From an uncultured Clostridia bacterium (GTDB lineage: Bacteria > Bacillota > Clostridia > Christensenellales > Borkfalkiaceae): DNA of 64,000 bases. The notes under the pieces are model-generated. The model had not been told where the DNA came from. It was given only the letters and a program-made list of their open reading frames with translations, and made no database searches. Shown in pieces: positions 8,804 to 18,146 of this stretch. The stretch spans positions 35,496-99,495 of the forward strand of contig CANQQM010000001.1 in assembly GCA_947626005.1 (NCBI GenBank), read 5' to 3'. How positions within the stretch are numbered: position 1 is the stretch's first letter; the number at the start of each line of letters is the position of its first letter. A program made the translations under genes and the position numbers.

Positions 8804-9910
8804 GTGCGAGCGATCCGACTGAATACCGCACGGCAGCTCAAGAAGTTTGTCGGGATGGCGGATGCGATCTATAAGGACCTTCCGCTGTATGTGCCCTATA
8901 TGCGGCACGACCTCTACTCGACGCTCAAAAAGCTCGTGCTCGAACAAAAGACGTATGCGGCGATCGCCGTAGAGGAGGGCGGGGCGTATATCGCCCGTCT
9001 CCTCGTCACGGTGGCGCATTCCAAGCAGCTTCAAATCGACCGCTGCGGCTTTTTCTCTCACTTCGAATGTATCAACGACGCGGAGGCGGCGAAGTGCCTC
9101 TTTCGTGAAACGGCGGCGTATCTGAAGGAACAGGGCGCCGTGTACCTCGAAGGGACGTACTACGAGTACGACCGCGACAACCGCCGCGGGATCCTCGTCG
9201 AGGGTTTCGATTCGGAGCCCATGATCCTCACCTCCTACAATCCGCGCTACTATGGGGAGCTCCTCGAGGCGTGCGGATTCACCAAGGATTTCGACACCGT
9301 CTCCTACAAACTCGACTACGCCAAGTTCGACTTCGAGCGCATCTCCCGCCTTCGGAGCCGCATTCTCGAGCGGTACGGGCTGTACGTCTCGCATGCCGAC
9401 TTTTCCAAGCTCGACCGCGAGATCGACGACGTGCACCGCATCATCTCCGCGGCGACGACGGAGATCATCTTCGAGGACGCCCCCTCGAAGGAGGAGCTTG
9501 TCCGCATCGTCCACGGCTGGAAGAGCTTCCTTTGGGAGGACCTCATCCTCATCGTGCGGAGAAAGGAGGACAACGCCCCCGTCGGGATGATGATGTCTAT
9601 CCCCAACTACTACACGGTGTTCCGCAAGATGAAGGGGAAGCTCAACCCCGTCGCCCTCATTCACATGTTCCGCGAAAAGAAGCGCATCCGCTCGACGCGG
9701 GCCATCCTTCAATACGTCATTCCCGAATACCAAAATAAGGGCGTCAACTTCGTGCTCTACCACGAATTCTACCGTGCATGCAAGAACCGCGGCATCGAAA
9801 AGATGGAGGCGGGGACGATCATGGAGAACAACGTCGCCTCGCGGCGCAACGTCGAGAGCGCAAGCGGACAACTCGAAAAAATCTACAGGATCTACGGAAA
9901 GAAACTATGA
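8804..9910 (+). CDS. GNAT-family N-acyltransferase-like protein (function unknown)
   Basis: 368-aa ORF starting at GTG 8804, with GGAG 6 nt upstream. C-terminal QNKGVNFVLYHEFYRACKNRGIEKMEAGTIMENN looks like an acyl-CoA-binding GNAT core. Confidence 0.7.
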   Translation: MRAIRLNTARQLKKFVGMADAIYKDLPLYVPYMRHDLYSTLKKLVLEQKTYAAIAVEEGGAYIARLLVTVAHSKQLQIDRCGFFSHFECINDAEAAKCLFRETAAYLKEQGAVYLEGTYYEYDRDNRRGILVEGFDSEPMILTSYNPRYYGELLEACGFTKDFDTVSYKLDYAKFDFERISRLRSRILERYGLYVSHADFSKLDREIDDVHRIISAATTEIIFEDAPSKEELVRIVHGWKSFLWEDLILIVRRKEDNAPVGMMMSIPNYYTVFRKMKGKLNPVALIHMFREKKRIRSTRAILQYVIPEYQNKGVNFVLYHEFYRACKNRGIEKMEAGTIMENNVASRRNVESASGQLEKIYRIYGKKL

Positions 9911-11112
9911 ATACGGCACTCACGGTCATCGCACTCCTTGCGATCTTCCTTCTCCCTGCGGGGATCGTGTTTCTCGTGCGGCGGAATAAGATCCTCGGCG
10001 CGATCGGCGCGATCGCCTGCTGCTACCTCGTCGGATTTGCCTTTTCGACGATCGGGCTCTCGGGCGTCGGGTACGACAAGAATTTGACGACGACGGTCGC
10101 CTATGTGCTCGTCGCCCTCTCCATCCCCCTCATCCTCTTCAGCATCGACCTTCGGTCGGTGAAGAAGCTCACGAAGGGGACGGTCGTCGGCTTTTCCCTT
10201 GCGATCGTCTCGGCGATCGCCGTTGCCGTCGCGATGTTCTTCATCACCATAAACTTCTTCCCCTGCGCCGACCTCGCCGCGATGACGATCGGGCTGTACA
10301 CGGGCGGAACGCCCAACATGAACGCGATCGGCGCCGCCATGAACGCGGGAAGCGAAACGATCAGCGCCGCGAACGTCTCGGATACCCTTGTCGGAGGCAT
10401 CTACTTCCTCTTCCTCATCTCCGTCGCGCCGCGCGTGTATCGGTTCCTCCTGAGGCGCAGAAAGAAGAAACAGCAGCCCCTTCCCGACCTTACGGAGCCC
10501 CCTTCGGAGGAGAATAAGGAGGAAGAAGAAAAGAAGGACGACTTCACTTTCGGCTTTTCCATTCGCGATAAAAAGTGCGTTTTGAAACTTCTCGGCGCGT
10601 TCGGGCTCTCCGTTCTCTGCCTCGGCGTCGGGGCGCTTTTGGAGCTGCTTATCGAGGGGACGGTGGGGGAAAACCTCCTCTACATCCTCCTCTCCGTCTC
10701 GGTGGGCGGCGTCGCGATTTCCTTCATCCGTCCCGTGCGGGAAATCAAGGGGGAATACGCCCTCGGCATGTACTTCATCCTCATGTTCTCCCTTGCGCTG
10801 TCGATGAGCATCGATTGGTCGGTCTTTTTGAGCGACATCCTCCCGACGCTTGCCTTCTTCGCCTGTGCGCAGATGAGCGTCATCCTCGTCCACCTCATCC
10901 TCTGCAGGATCTTCGGCGTGGACGGCGACACCGCCATCATAACGTCGACGGCGGGAGTGTACGGCCCGCCCTTCATCGCACCCGTCGCGAAGGCGGCGGG
11001 AAGATCCGACCTCATCGCGCCCGGGGTCATCTGCGGGGCGCTCGGCCTCGCCGTGGGGACCGTCCTCGGCTACGGCGTGGGGATGCTTCTCCTCCTTGTT
11101 CCCGCTGCGTAA
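9907..11112 (+). CDS. DUF819-like polytopic membrane protein
   Basis: ATG 9907 overlaps the stop of the previous gene (ATGA). Roughly 10 hydrophobic helices with a charged central loop (RRRKKKQQ...EEEEKKDD). Confidence 0.8.
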   Translation: MNTALTVIALLAIFLLPAGIVFLVRRNKILGAIGAIACCYLVGFAFSTIGLSGVGYDKNLTTTVAYVLVALSIPLILFSIDLRSVKKLTKGTVVGFSLAIVSAIAVAVAMFFITINFFPCADLAAMTIGLYTGGTPNMNAIGAAMNAGSETISAANVSDTLVGGIYFLFLISVAPRVYRFLLRRRKKKQQPLPDLTEPPSEENKEEEEKKDDFTFGFSIRDKKCVLKLLGAFGLSVLCLGVGALLELLIEGTVGENLLYILLSVSVGGVAISFIRPVREIKGEYALGMYFILMFSLALSMSIDWSVFLSDILPTLAFFACAQMSVILVHLILCRIFGVDGDTAIITSTAGVYGPPFIAPVAKAAGRSDLIAPGVICGALGLAVGTVLGYGVGMLLLLVPAA

Positions 11113-11134
11113 GCGGGAAAATTTCCCTCGGGGG

Positions 11135-11163
11135 TTGACTTTTTCCGCGGGGGAATTTATACT
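11135..11163 (+). promoter_or_regulatory. sigma-A-type promoter (TTGACT-17-TATACT)
   Basis: TTGACT 11135-11140, TATACT 11158-11163. Confidence 0.55.
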
Positions 11164-11173
11164 TAGGTCGTCG

Positions 11174-11187
11174 GAGCCCGCGGGCTC
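11174..11187. promoter_or_regulatory. perfect 14-bp palindrome GAGCCCGCGGGCTC in the 5' leader (operator or RNA hairpin)
   Basis: Self-complementary sequence about 10 nt downstream of the -10 box. Confidence 0.3.
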
Positions 11188-11211
11188 AATGAGAAATACG
11201 AAAGAATCGAG

Positions 11212-12765
11212 GTGTTTGTTTTGAAAATCGCAATGACGGGGGTCAGCGGAAACATGGGGCGCGAAGCGCTTGCGCAATCGATGGAGCTTCCCTTCATCAC
11301 CCTCATCCGCGTCCTCCTTTCGAACAAAAAGAAGAACAACAAACTCGCCAAAACTCTTCAAAAGAAGTACGGAAAACGCATCGAGATCGTGCGGGGGAGC
11401 ATTGCCGACCGCAAGAACTGCGACGCGCTCGTCCGCGGCGCCGACGTTGTCGTGCACATGGCGGCGGTCATTCCGCCCGCCTCCGACGCAAGTCCCGCCG
11501 CAAGCGAAGAGTGCAACAAAAGGGGAGCGGTCGCCCTCGTCGACGCCGTCAAGGCATGCGATCCGCAGCCCAAATATATCCACGTCTCCACCGTCGCCCT
11601 CTACGGCAACCGCAACGAGAAGCACCCCTTCGGCAGGGTGGGCGATCCTCTCCTCGTGAGCCCCTTCGACCACTACGCCATGGATAAGCTCTACGGGGAG
11701 CGCTATTGCCTCGACGCCGCGCTCGACTGCTTTGTCGTCCTCCGTCAGACGGCGATGCTCAATCCCGACATGCTCAAGAACAACATTTCGGACGGGCTGA
11801 TGTTCCATACCGCTCTCAACGCCCCCCTCGAATGGGTGAGCGCGCGGGACAGCGGCTATCTCATAAAGCGCATCCTCGAGCGGGAGGAAGCGGGGGAGAT
11901 CGACGGCTTTTGGAAGAACATCTACAACATCGGCGCCGGCAAGAAGGGGATGGAGACGGGCTACGACACCTTCAACGACGGGTTCAAGATGATCGGCGGC
12001 TCGGCGGAGAAGTTTTTCAGACCCAACTGGCTTGCCTCGCGCAACTTCCACGGCCTGTGGTTTGCCGACGGCGACGAGCTCGAATCGCTCTTCGGCTTCC
12101 AGCGCGACGGTGTCGTCGACTACTGGAAGGAGATCGCACGGCATCATAAGATCTATGCTCTCGGCAAGCTCGTCCCCGCAAAACTCATCGACCTCTTCCT
12201 CTTCCGCAAGCTCTTAAAGCACCCCAATTCGCCCTACGAATGGGCAAAACGGGGGGACACGGCACGCGTCATTGCGACGTTCGGCGGCAAGGAGCAGTTC
12301 GAAGCGCTCTCCAAGGACTGGAAGGATTATCCCCTCATCGCGAAGGGGGACTTCGGCGACTACGACAAGCTCCGCGACGTCGAGTATATGAAGAAGGAGG
12401 GGCGGCTCCTCTCGCACGGGTACGAGGAAAAGCCCATCGACAAGTGGACGGCGGAGGATTGCCGCTCGGCGGCGCGTTTCCGCGGGGGAGAGTACCTCTC
12501 GGAGGACGTTCCGCCCTACGAAAAGGCGACGTGGAAGTGCGCGGAGGGCCATACCTTCAAGGCAAGCCCCTTTACCGTGCTCCGCGGCGGACACTGGTGC
12601 CCGCAGTGCTGTATGCCCCTCCCGTGGAACTTCGACCGCCTCGCCAAGCACAATCCCTTCTTCGCGCAGGTCTGGTACGATTCGCACGCGGAGGACGAAA
12701 ACTACGTCTATTCTTTTGCGCCCGACGGCACCGCCGTCGCCGAGCGGAATGAGGGGACCCGATGA
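11212..12765 (+). CDS. NAD(P)-dependent epimerase/dehydratase-family protein with C-terminal Cys-rich (zinc-ribbon-like) extension
   Basis: Rossmann motif KIAMTGVSGNMG. C-terminal WKCAEGH...HWCPQCC. The start may be GTG 11212 or TTG 11221, which is better spaced from GAGG. Confidence 0.8.
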   Translation: MFVLKIAMTGVSGNMGREALAQSMELPFITLIRVLLSNKKKNNKLAKTLQKKYGKRIEIVRGSIADRKNCDALVRGADVVVHMAAVIPPASDASPAASEECNKRGAVALVDAVKACDPQPKYIHVSTVALYGNRNEKHPFGRVGDPLLVSPFDHYAMDKLYGERYCLDAALDCFVVLRQTAMLNPDMLKNNISDGLMFHTALNAPLEWVSARDSGYLIKRILEREEAGEIDGFWKNIYNIGAGKKGMETGYDTFNDGFKMIGGSAEKFFRPNWLASRNFHGLWFADGDELESLFGFQRDGVVDYWKEIARHHKIYALGKLVPAKLIDLFLFRKLLKHPNSPYEWAKRGDTARVIATFGGKEQFEALSKDWKDYPLIAKGDFGDYDKLRDVEYMKKEGRLLSHGYEEKPIDKWTAEDCRSAARFRGGEYLSEDVPPYEKATWKCAEGHTFKASPFTVLRGGHWCPQCCMPLPWNFDRLAKHNPFFAQVWYDSHAEDENYVYSFAPDGTAVAERNEGTR

Positions 12766-13604
12766 ACGCCCTCTTTTGCGTCTTTTCCGGGACGGGGAAC
12801 ACCCTCCTCGTTTCGGAGCGCCTTCGGGAGGAGCTTACCCTTCTCGGGCACACCGTCACCCTCTTCCGCGTGAAGAAGGGGGAAACGCTTCCCGAGCTTA
12901 AAGAGTTCGACGTCCTCTTCGTCTCCTATCCCGTTCACGCCTTCAATGCGCCGACGGCGATCCTCTCCTTTTTGAAGAAATTGCCGAATGGGGGCGGAAA
13001 ATCCGTCTATCTCATCCGCAGCCAAGGGGAGCCCTCCAAGCTCAACGACGCCTCGGGGATCACCCCGCGCCGCATCCTTGTAAAGCGCGGGTACGTCCTT
13101 CGCGGCGAATATTCCTATGTGATGCCCTACAACATCATGTTCCGCCATTCAGACGGGATGGCGGCGCGCATGCGCCGTGCCCTCGATTTCCGCGTCAAGC
13201 GGGACGCCGCCGAAATTTCGGAGGGCGGGGGAGAGCGGCGGAGGGTCAACCTCATCCGCCGCATGGTCTCCTTCACCCTTCGCATCGAGCACGCCGCGAT
13301 GCCCGTTCTCGGGCGGACCTTCCGCGTCTCCAAGAAGAAGTGCGTCGGCTGCGGGCTGTGCGCGGAGGCGTGCCCGCGCGGGAACATCCGCATGGTCGAC
13401 GGAAAGCCGAAGTTCGGCGGACACTGCGTCGGCTGCATGGGCTGCGCCTTCCGCTGTCCGAAGGATGCGATCCGCATCTCCCTCCTCAACGCATGGCGGG
13501 TGAACGGCGCATACACCTACGACGCCGAGCCCGCCCGCGACGACGAGGTCTGCCGTTATTGCCGCAAGATGTACGTCCGCTATTTCCACGATTCGGAAGC
13601 GTAA
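12762..13604 (+). CDS. EFR1-family ferredoxin (flavodoxin-like N-domain plus 2x[4Fe-4S])
   Basis: FCVFSGTGNT N-terminus. CVGCGLCAEACP and CVGCMGCAFRCP cluster motifs. ATGA overlap with the previous gene. Confidence 0.85.
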   Translation: MNALFCVFSGTGNTLLVSERLREELTLLGHTVTLFRVKKGETLPELKEFDVLFVSYPVHAFNAPTAILSFLKKLPNGGGKSVYLIRSQGEPSKLNDASGITPRRILVKRGYVLRGEYSYVMPYNIMFRHSDGMAARMRRALDFRVKRDAAEISEGGGERRRVNLIRRMVSFTLRIEHAAMPVLGRTFRVSKKKCVGCGLCAEACPRGNIRMVDGKPKFGGHCVGCMGCAFRCPKDAIRISLLNAWRVNGAYTYDAEPARDDEVCRYCRKMYVRYFHDSEA

Positions 13605-13606
13605 AA

Positions 13607-13626
13607 CGCCCCTCGGGGCGTTTTTT
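13607..13626 (+). terminator. intrinsic terminator
   Basis: CGCCC-CTCG-GGGCG hairpin followed by TTTTTT. Confidence 0.75.
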
Positions 13627-13639
13627 ACGGCCGAGAGAC

Positions 13640-13668
13640 TTGCAATTTGCCTTCGGGTATGGTATAAT
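13640..13668 (+). promoter_or_regulatory. sigma-A-type promoter with extended -10 (TTGCAA-17-TGgTATAAT) ending 8 nt before ATG 13677
   Basis: TTGCAA 13640-13645, TATAAT 13663-13668. No SD before the ATG. Confidence 0.6.
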
Positions 13669-13676
13669 TTTCGCAT

Positions 13677-14369
13677 ATGAAGGTTTATGCGATCAGCGAT
13701 CTGCACCTTTCGGGGCTTGCCGACAAGCCGATGGACGTGTTCGGTCCGGGCTGGGAGGGGCATTTCGAAAAGATCAAGCGCGATTGGGCGGCAAAAGTCA
13801 GGGAGGACGACCTCGTCCTCCTCGGCGGAGATACCTCTTGGGGAATGCGCCTCGAGGAGGGGATGTTCGACGTCCGTTCCCTCGAAGAACTCCCCGGCAT
13901 CAAGATCTTTATCCGCGGCAATCACGACTACTGGTGGAGCGGGATCACCCGCGTGCGGCAGGCGGCGCCGCCCGACTTTTACTTTCTCCAGAACGACTGC
14001 ATCCGCTTCGGGAACGTCGTCGTCGCTGGGTCGCGCGGGTGGCTGTGCCCGGGCAGCGCCGACTTCACCGATCACGACCTCGTCCTCTACAAGCGGGAGG
14101 CGGAGCGCTTCCGCCTTGCCTTTTCCGAAGTGAAGAAGGTGCGCCGCGAAGGGGATATCCTCCTCGCCCTCATCCACTATCCGCCCTTTTCCTTAAAGAA
14201 GGAGGATACCCTCTTTACCGAACTCTTCGAGGAGAACGCCGTCGACAAAGTGATTTTCGGGCACCTCCACGGCGCGGGGTATTTCCCGCTCCGCTCGGAA
14301 AAGAACGGCATCGAATATCTTCTGACCTCCTGCGATAAGACGAAATTTTCTCTCACGGAGGTCCTCTAA
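13677..14369 (+). CDS. metallophosphoesterase
   Basis: Calcineurin-like motifs ISDLHL, GGDTSW, GNHDYWW, GHLHG. Confidence 0.9.
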   Translation: MKVYAISDLHLSGLADKPMDVFGPGWEGHFEKIKRDWAAKVREDDLVLLGGDTSWGMRLEEGMFDVRSLEELPGIKIFIRGNHDYWWSGITRVRQAAPPDFYFLQNDCIRFGNVVVAGSRGWLCPGSADFTDHDLVLYKREAERFRLAFSEVKKVRREGDILLALIHYPPFSLKKEDTLFTELFEENAVDKVIFGHLHGAGYFPLRSEKNGIEYLLTSCDKTKFSLTEVL

Positions 14370-14373
14370 ACTC

Positions 14374-14402
14374 TTTACATTTGCACGCATGCGTGCTATA
14401 AT
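14374..14402 (+). promoter_or_regulatory. sigma-A-type promoter of the pyr operon (TTTACA-17-TATAAT)
   Basis: TTTACA 14374-14379, TATAAT 14397-14402. Confidence 0.6.
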
Positions 14403-14408
14403 GCAGGA

Positions 14409-14504
14409 AAGCATCTCTTTAAGAGCGGTACCGTGATGCCGACAAGACGACGCGCTTTGTTTTCGGGACGGGGAAGTCTTGCGGTTTCGCGCAGGACTTT
14501 TTTC
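14409..14504 (+). promoter_or_regulatory. PyrR-type transcription attenuator (binding hairpin, antiterminator, terminator)
   Basis: Hairpin GCATC...GATGC (14411-14439) has a loop containing CUUUAAGAGCGG, which is partly like the recalled PyrR box. CCGACAAGAC (14439-14448) can pair with GTCTTGCGG. Terminator stem 14474-14483/14490-14499 is followed by TTTTTT (14498-14503). Confidence 0.55.
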
Positions 14505-14519
14505 ATGTCGGAGGCGAAC

Positions 14520-15062
14520 ATGGCGGAACACGAGATCATGGACGAAGCGGCGATCGGCCGCACCGTAAGGCGGCTGGCGCATGAGATCGAAGAGCGCTGC
14601 GAAGGGCTTCGAGACGTCGTCCTCGTCGGCGTCAAGCGGGGCGGGGAGGTCGTTGCGAACCGTCTTGCGGCGTACTTTGCGTCGGAGGGGGAGGAGGTCC
14701 CCTGTGCGGGGCTGGATATCGGCATGACGCGCGACGACCTCGTCTCGGCCTTCTTCGTACCCGATGCGGGGAGGAACGAGCTCGGCTTTTCCCTCGTCGG
14801 CAAGACGGTCGTCCTCTGCGACGACGTTCTGCACACGGGGCGGAGCGCGGCGGCGGGGGTGGAGGCCTTATTCCGTCTCGGACGGCCGCAGCGCATCCTC
14901 CTTCTCGTCCTCGTCGACCGCGGCGGGCGGGAACTTCCCATACGGGCAGACTTCGTGGGGAAGAACGTCCCCACGTCCAAATCGGAATATGTGAGCGTTC
15001 GTCTCACCGAACTCGGCTTCGAGAGGGATTCGCTTGCCATCACGGGGGGAAAGACGTGCTGA
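14520..15062 (+). CDS. pyrR: bifunctional pyr operon regulator / uracil phosphoribosyltransferase
   Basis: MAEHEIMDEAAIGRTVRRLAHEI, PRPP motif VVLCDDVLHTGRS. GGAGG lies 5 nt upstream of ATG 14520. ORF-track start 14433 was rejected because it would span the attenuator. Confidence 0.9.
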   Translation: MAEHEIMDEAAIGRTVRRLAHEIEERCEGLRDVVLVGVKRGGEVVANRLAAYFASEGEEVPCAGLDIGMTRDDLVSAFFVPDAGRNELGFSLVGKTVVLCDDVLHTGRSAAAGVEALFRLGRPQRILLLVLVDRGGRELPIRADFVGKNVPTSKSEYVSVRLTELGFERDSLAITGGKTC

Positions 15063-15976
15063 AACACAAGGACGTACTCGGGCTGCGCGCCCTCGACGCG
15101 GAGGAGATCGGAGAGATCCTCGAAGTGGGCCTCAACATGAAGCGTCTGCTCCGCCGAAACATAAAAAAACTGCCCCATCTCATGGGGAAATCGGTCATCA
15201 CCCTCTTCTATGAGAATTCGACGCGGACGCGCTGTTCGTTCGAACTTGCCGCAAAATACATGGGCGCGCACGTCGTCGGGATCGTCGCCGAGAGCTCGTC
15301 GGTGAGGAAGGGGGAGACGCTCATCGACACGGGCAAGACGCTCGACGCGATGCGGAGCGACGTCATGGTCATCCGCCATCCCGTCGGGGGCGCCCCCGAA
15401 CTTCTCGCAAAGACGGTGAAGGCGCACGTCGTCAACGCGGGGGACGGCATGAACGAACACCCCTCGCAGGCCCTTCTCGACATCCTCACGATGATCGAGG
15501 CGTTCGGCTCAGTGGAGGGGAAGAAGGTGGCGATCCTCGGGGATCTGAGCCATTCACGGGTCGCCAAGAGCAATCTTTTCGGCCTCACGAAACTGGGTGC
15601 GGAGGTCTCCGTCTTTGCCCCGTCCACCCTCCTTCCCGCAGGGCTCGACAGGATGGGCGCGAAGGTCTGCCGCTCCCGCGAGGAGGCGGTGGAGGGCGCG
15701 GACGTCGTCATGGGGCTGCGCATTCAGCTCGAGCGCCAGCACGCGGGGAATTTCCCCTCCCTCGGCGAATACGCGAAGTTCTACGGCGTCAACGACGAAG
15801 TCATGAAATACGCAAAGAAGGGGGCGCTCGTCATGCACCCCGGTCCCGTCAACCGCGGCGTGGAGCTCACCTCCGCCCTCATCGACGGCGACACGAGCAG
15901 GATCGAAGAACAGGTGCTCTCGGGCATCGCGGTCAGAATGGCGATCCTGTTCCTTCTCACAAAGGAGGAAATATGA
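15056..15976 (+). CDS. pyrB: aspartate carbamoyltransferase catalytic subunit
   Basis: STRTR, HPSQALLD, HPGP motifs. GTG start overlapping the pyrR stop. Confidence 0.95.
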   Translation: MLKHKDVLGLRALDAEEIGEILEVGLNMKRLLRRNIKKLPHLMGKSVITLFYENSTRTRCSFELAAKYMGAHVVGIVAESSSVRKGETLIDTGKTLDAMRSDVMVIRHPVGGAPELLAKTVKAHVVNAGDGMNEHPSQALLDILTMIEAFGSVEGKKVAILGDLSHSRVAKSNLFGLTKLGAEVSVFAPSTLLPAGLDRMGAKVCRSREEAVEGADVVMGLRIQLERQHAGNFPSLGEYAKFYGVNDEVMKYAKKGALVMHPGPVNRGVELTSALIDGDTSRIEEQVLSGIAVRMAILFLLTKEEI

Positions 15977-17244
15977 TCTTAAAGGGCGGGACCGTCGTTT
16001 TTCGGGACGGCGCAAAAGTATGCGACCTCCGCATTCGCGGGGAGACGGTCGAGAAAATCGGCATCTTGACGCCTGAAGCGGGGGAGGAGGTGCGCGATCT
16101 CACGGGGCTTACCGTATTCCCGGGGCTCATCGATATGCACGTCCATCTCCGCGAACCGGGGTTCGAGAAGAAGGAGGACATCGAGAGCGGCTCGAGGGCG
16201 GCGGTGCGGGGCGGATTCACGCAGATCTGCTGTATGCCGAACACCAAGCCCGTGACGGACAATAAGGTCGTCGTCACCTATATAAAGACCCGCGCCGGGG
16301 AGGTGGGGCTGTGCAAGGTCCACCCGATCGGCGCCATCACCGAGGGGCAGGAGGGGAAAAATCTTGCCGCGATCGGGGCGATGAAGCAAGCGGGCGCGGT
16401 GGCGATCTCCGAGGACGGGAAGAGCGTGCTTTCGTCGGGACTCATGGCGAATGCGATGAAGTACGCCTCCGACTTCGGGCTCAAGTGCCTCTGCCACTGC
16501 GAGGACCCCTCCCTCGTCGACGGGGGCGTCGTCCACGAGGGGTACTATGCGACGCTGACGGGGCTTAAAGGTTCCCTTCGTGCGGCGGAGGACATCATGA
16601 TCGCACGGGAGATCTGCCTTGCGGAGAGCCTCTCCCTTCCCGTGCACATCTGCCACGTCTCGACCTACAGCGGGGTGCAGCTCATCCGCGAAGCCAAGGC
16701 GCGCGGGGTGCGGGTGACGGCGGAGACCTGTCCGCACTACTTCACCCTCACCGACGCGGAGATCGCGTCTTTCGACACCAATACCAAGGTAAATCCTCCC
16801 CTTCGGGAGGAGAAGGACCGCCTTGCCGTCCTCGAAGGACTCTACGACGGGACGATCGACTGCATCGTCTCCGACCATGCGCCCCACCATGCGGACGATA
16901 AGAACGTCGAGTACGATTTCGCCGCCTTCGGCATCAGCGGCATCGAGACTTCCTTTTCGCTTTCCTATACCGTGCTCGTCAAAAACGGCAGACTTTCGCT
17001 CGAGGGCCTTGCCGAAAAGATGAGCTTAGCCCCCGCGAGGATCCTCTCCTTGGCGGGAGGAACGATCGAGGAGGGCGGCGTTGCCGACCTCACGGTCGCA
17101 GACCTCGGCCGCTCTTATACGGTCGATCCCGCGGAGTTCGCCTCCAAGGGCAAAAATACCCCGTTTGCGGGCAGAGAAGTCTGGGGGAAGGTCGTCCTCC
17201 TTCTCGTCGACGGGGAAATCAAATACGAGGAGAAACGCGCATGA
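15973..17244 (+). CDS. pyrC: dihydroorotase
   Basis: DMHVHLREPG and DHAPH metal-binding motifs. ATGA overlap with pyrB. Confidence 0.95.
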   Translation: MILKGGTVVFRDGAKVCDLRIRGETVEKIGILTPEAGEEVRDLTGLTVFPGLIDMHVHLREPGFEKKEDIESGSRAAVRGGFTQICCMPNTKPVTDNKVVVTYIKTRAGEVGLCKVHPIGAITEGQEGKNLAAIGAMKQAGAVAISEDGKSVLSSGLMANAMKYASDFGLKCLCHCEDPSLVDGGVVHEGYYATLTGLKGSLRAAEDIMIAREICLAESLSLPVHICHVSTYSGVQLIREAKARGVRVTAETCPHYFTLTDAEIASFDTNTKVNPPLREEKDRLAVLEGLYDGTIDCIVSDHAPHHADDKNVEYDFAAFGISGIETSFSLSYTVLVKNGRLSLEGLAEKMSLAPARILSLAGGTIEEGGVADLTVADLGRSYTVDPAEFASKGKNTPFAGREVWGKVVLLLVDGEIKYEEKRA

Positions 17245-18146
17245 TCGTCGACCGTCTCATTCAAGCCATCATCGAAAAGCAAAATCCCTCCTGCGTGGGG
17301 CTCGACACCGCGCTCGAGTATCTGCCCGATTCCCTTTTGAAGGGAGCGGGGACGCCCAAGCGGGCGGCGGAGGCCGTGTTTGCCTTCAACCAAGCGGTCA
17401 TCGACGCCGTGGAGGACGTTGTCCCCGCCGTCAAGATCCAGATCGCCTACTACGAGGAGCTCGGCTACTACGGCCTCAAGGCGTTTGCGGACACCGCCCG
17501 CTACGCCAAGAAGAAGGGGCTCTTCGTCATCGCGGACGCCAAGCGCAACGACATCGGCGCGACCGCTTCGCGCTATGCCCGCGCCTTCCTCTCCCGCACC
17601 GCTATCGGCGGGGTCAAGAAAGCCGCCTTTCCCGCCGATTTTCTCACCGTCAACGGGTATTTGGGCTCGGACGGCGTGCGGTCCTTCCTCGACGAGTGCG
17701 AGGGGCGCGACAGGGGCATTTTCGTCCTCGTCAAGACGAGCAATCCCTCCTCGGGGGAACTGCAGGACCTCCGCCTTGCGGACGGCAGGACGGTCTGCGA
17801 GGCGATGGGGGACATGGTCTCCTCCTGGGGCGGAAGAAGGGGGAAATTCGGCTACACGCGGGTGGGGGCCGTCGTCGGCGCGACCTATCCCGAGGAAGCG
17901 AAAGTTCTCCGCGGCCGCATGAAGAGCGTCTTTTTCCTCGTCCCCGGTTACGGGGCGCAAGGGGGGAGCGCGGAGACCCTGAAGAGCTGTTTCGACCGCC
18001 GCGGGCTCGGCGCGATCGTCAACAGTTCCCGCGGCATCCTCTGCGCCTATCGAAAGACGGGGGGCGCCTTCGACGAGGCCGCCCGCCGCGCCGCGCTCGA
18101 GATGAAGGAGGACCTTCTCTCGGCGGTGGGAGTTCCCCATGCGTGA
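17241..18146 (+). CDS. pyrF: orotidine-5'-phosphate decarboxylase (long, type 2)
   Basis: DAKRNDIG motif; 301 aa; ATGA overlap with pyrC. Confidence 0.9.
   Translation: MIVDRLIQAIIEKQNPSCVGLDTALEYLPDSLLKGAGTPKRAAEAVFAFNQAVIDAVEDVVPAVKIQIAYYEELGYYGLKAFADTARYAKKKGLFVIADAKRNDIGATASRYARAFLSRTAIGGVKKAAFPADFLTVNGYLGSDGVRSFLDECEGRDRGIFVLVKTSNPSSGELQDLRLADGRTVCEAMGDMVSSWGGRRGKFGYTRVGAVVGATYPEEAKVLRGRMKSVFFLVPGYGAQGGSAETLKSCFDRRGLGAIVNSSRGILCAYRKTGGAFDEAARRAALEMKEDLLSAVGVPHA

Noticed and set aside
7514-12147. Two long minus-strand ORFs (7514-9871 and 9892-12147) spanning several + strand genes
   Set aside because: They cross the boundaries of tex, the GNAT gene, the DUF819 gene and the epimerase gene. 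Their composition is repetitive (R/G/D/E/H-rich). They are GC3 antisense artefacts.
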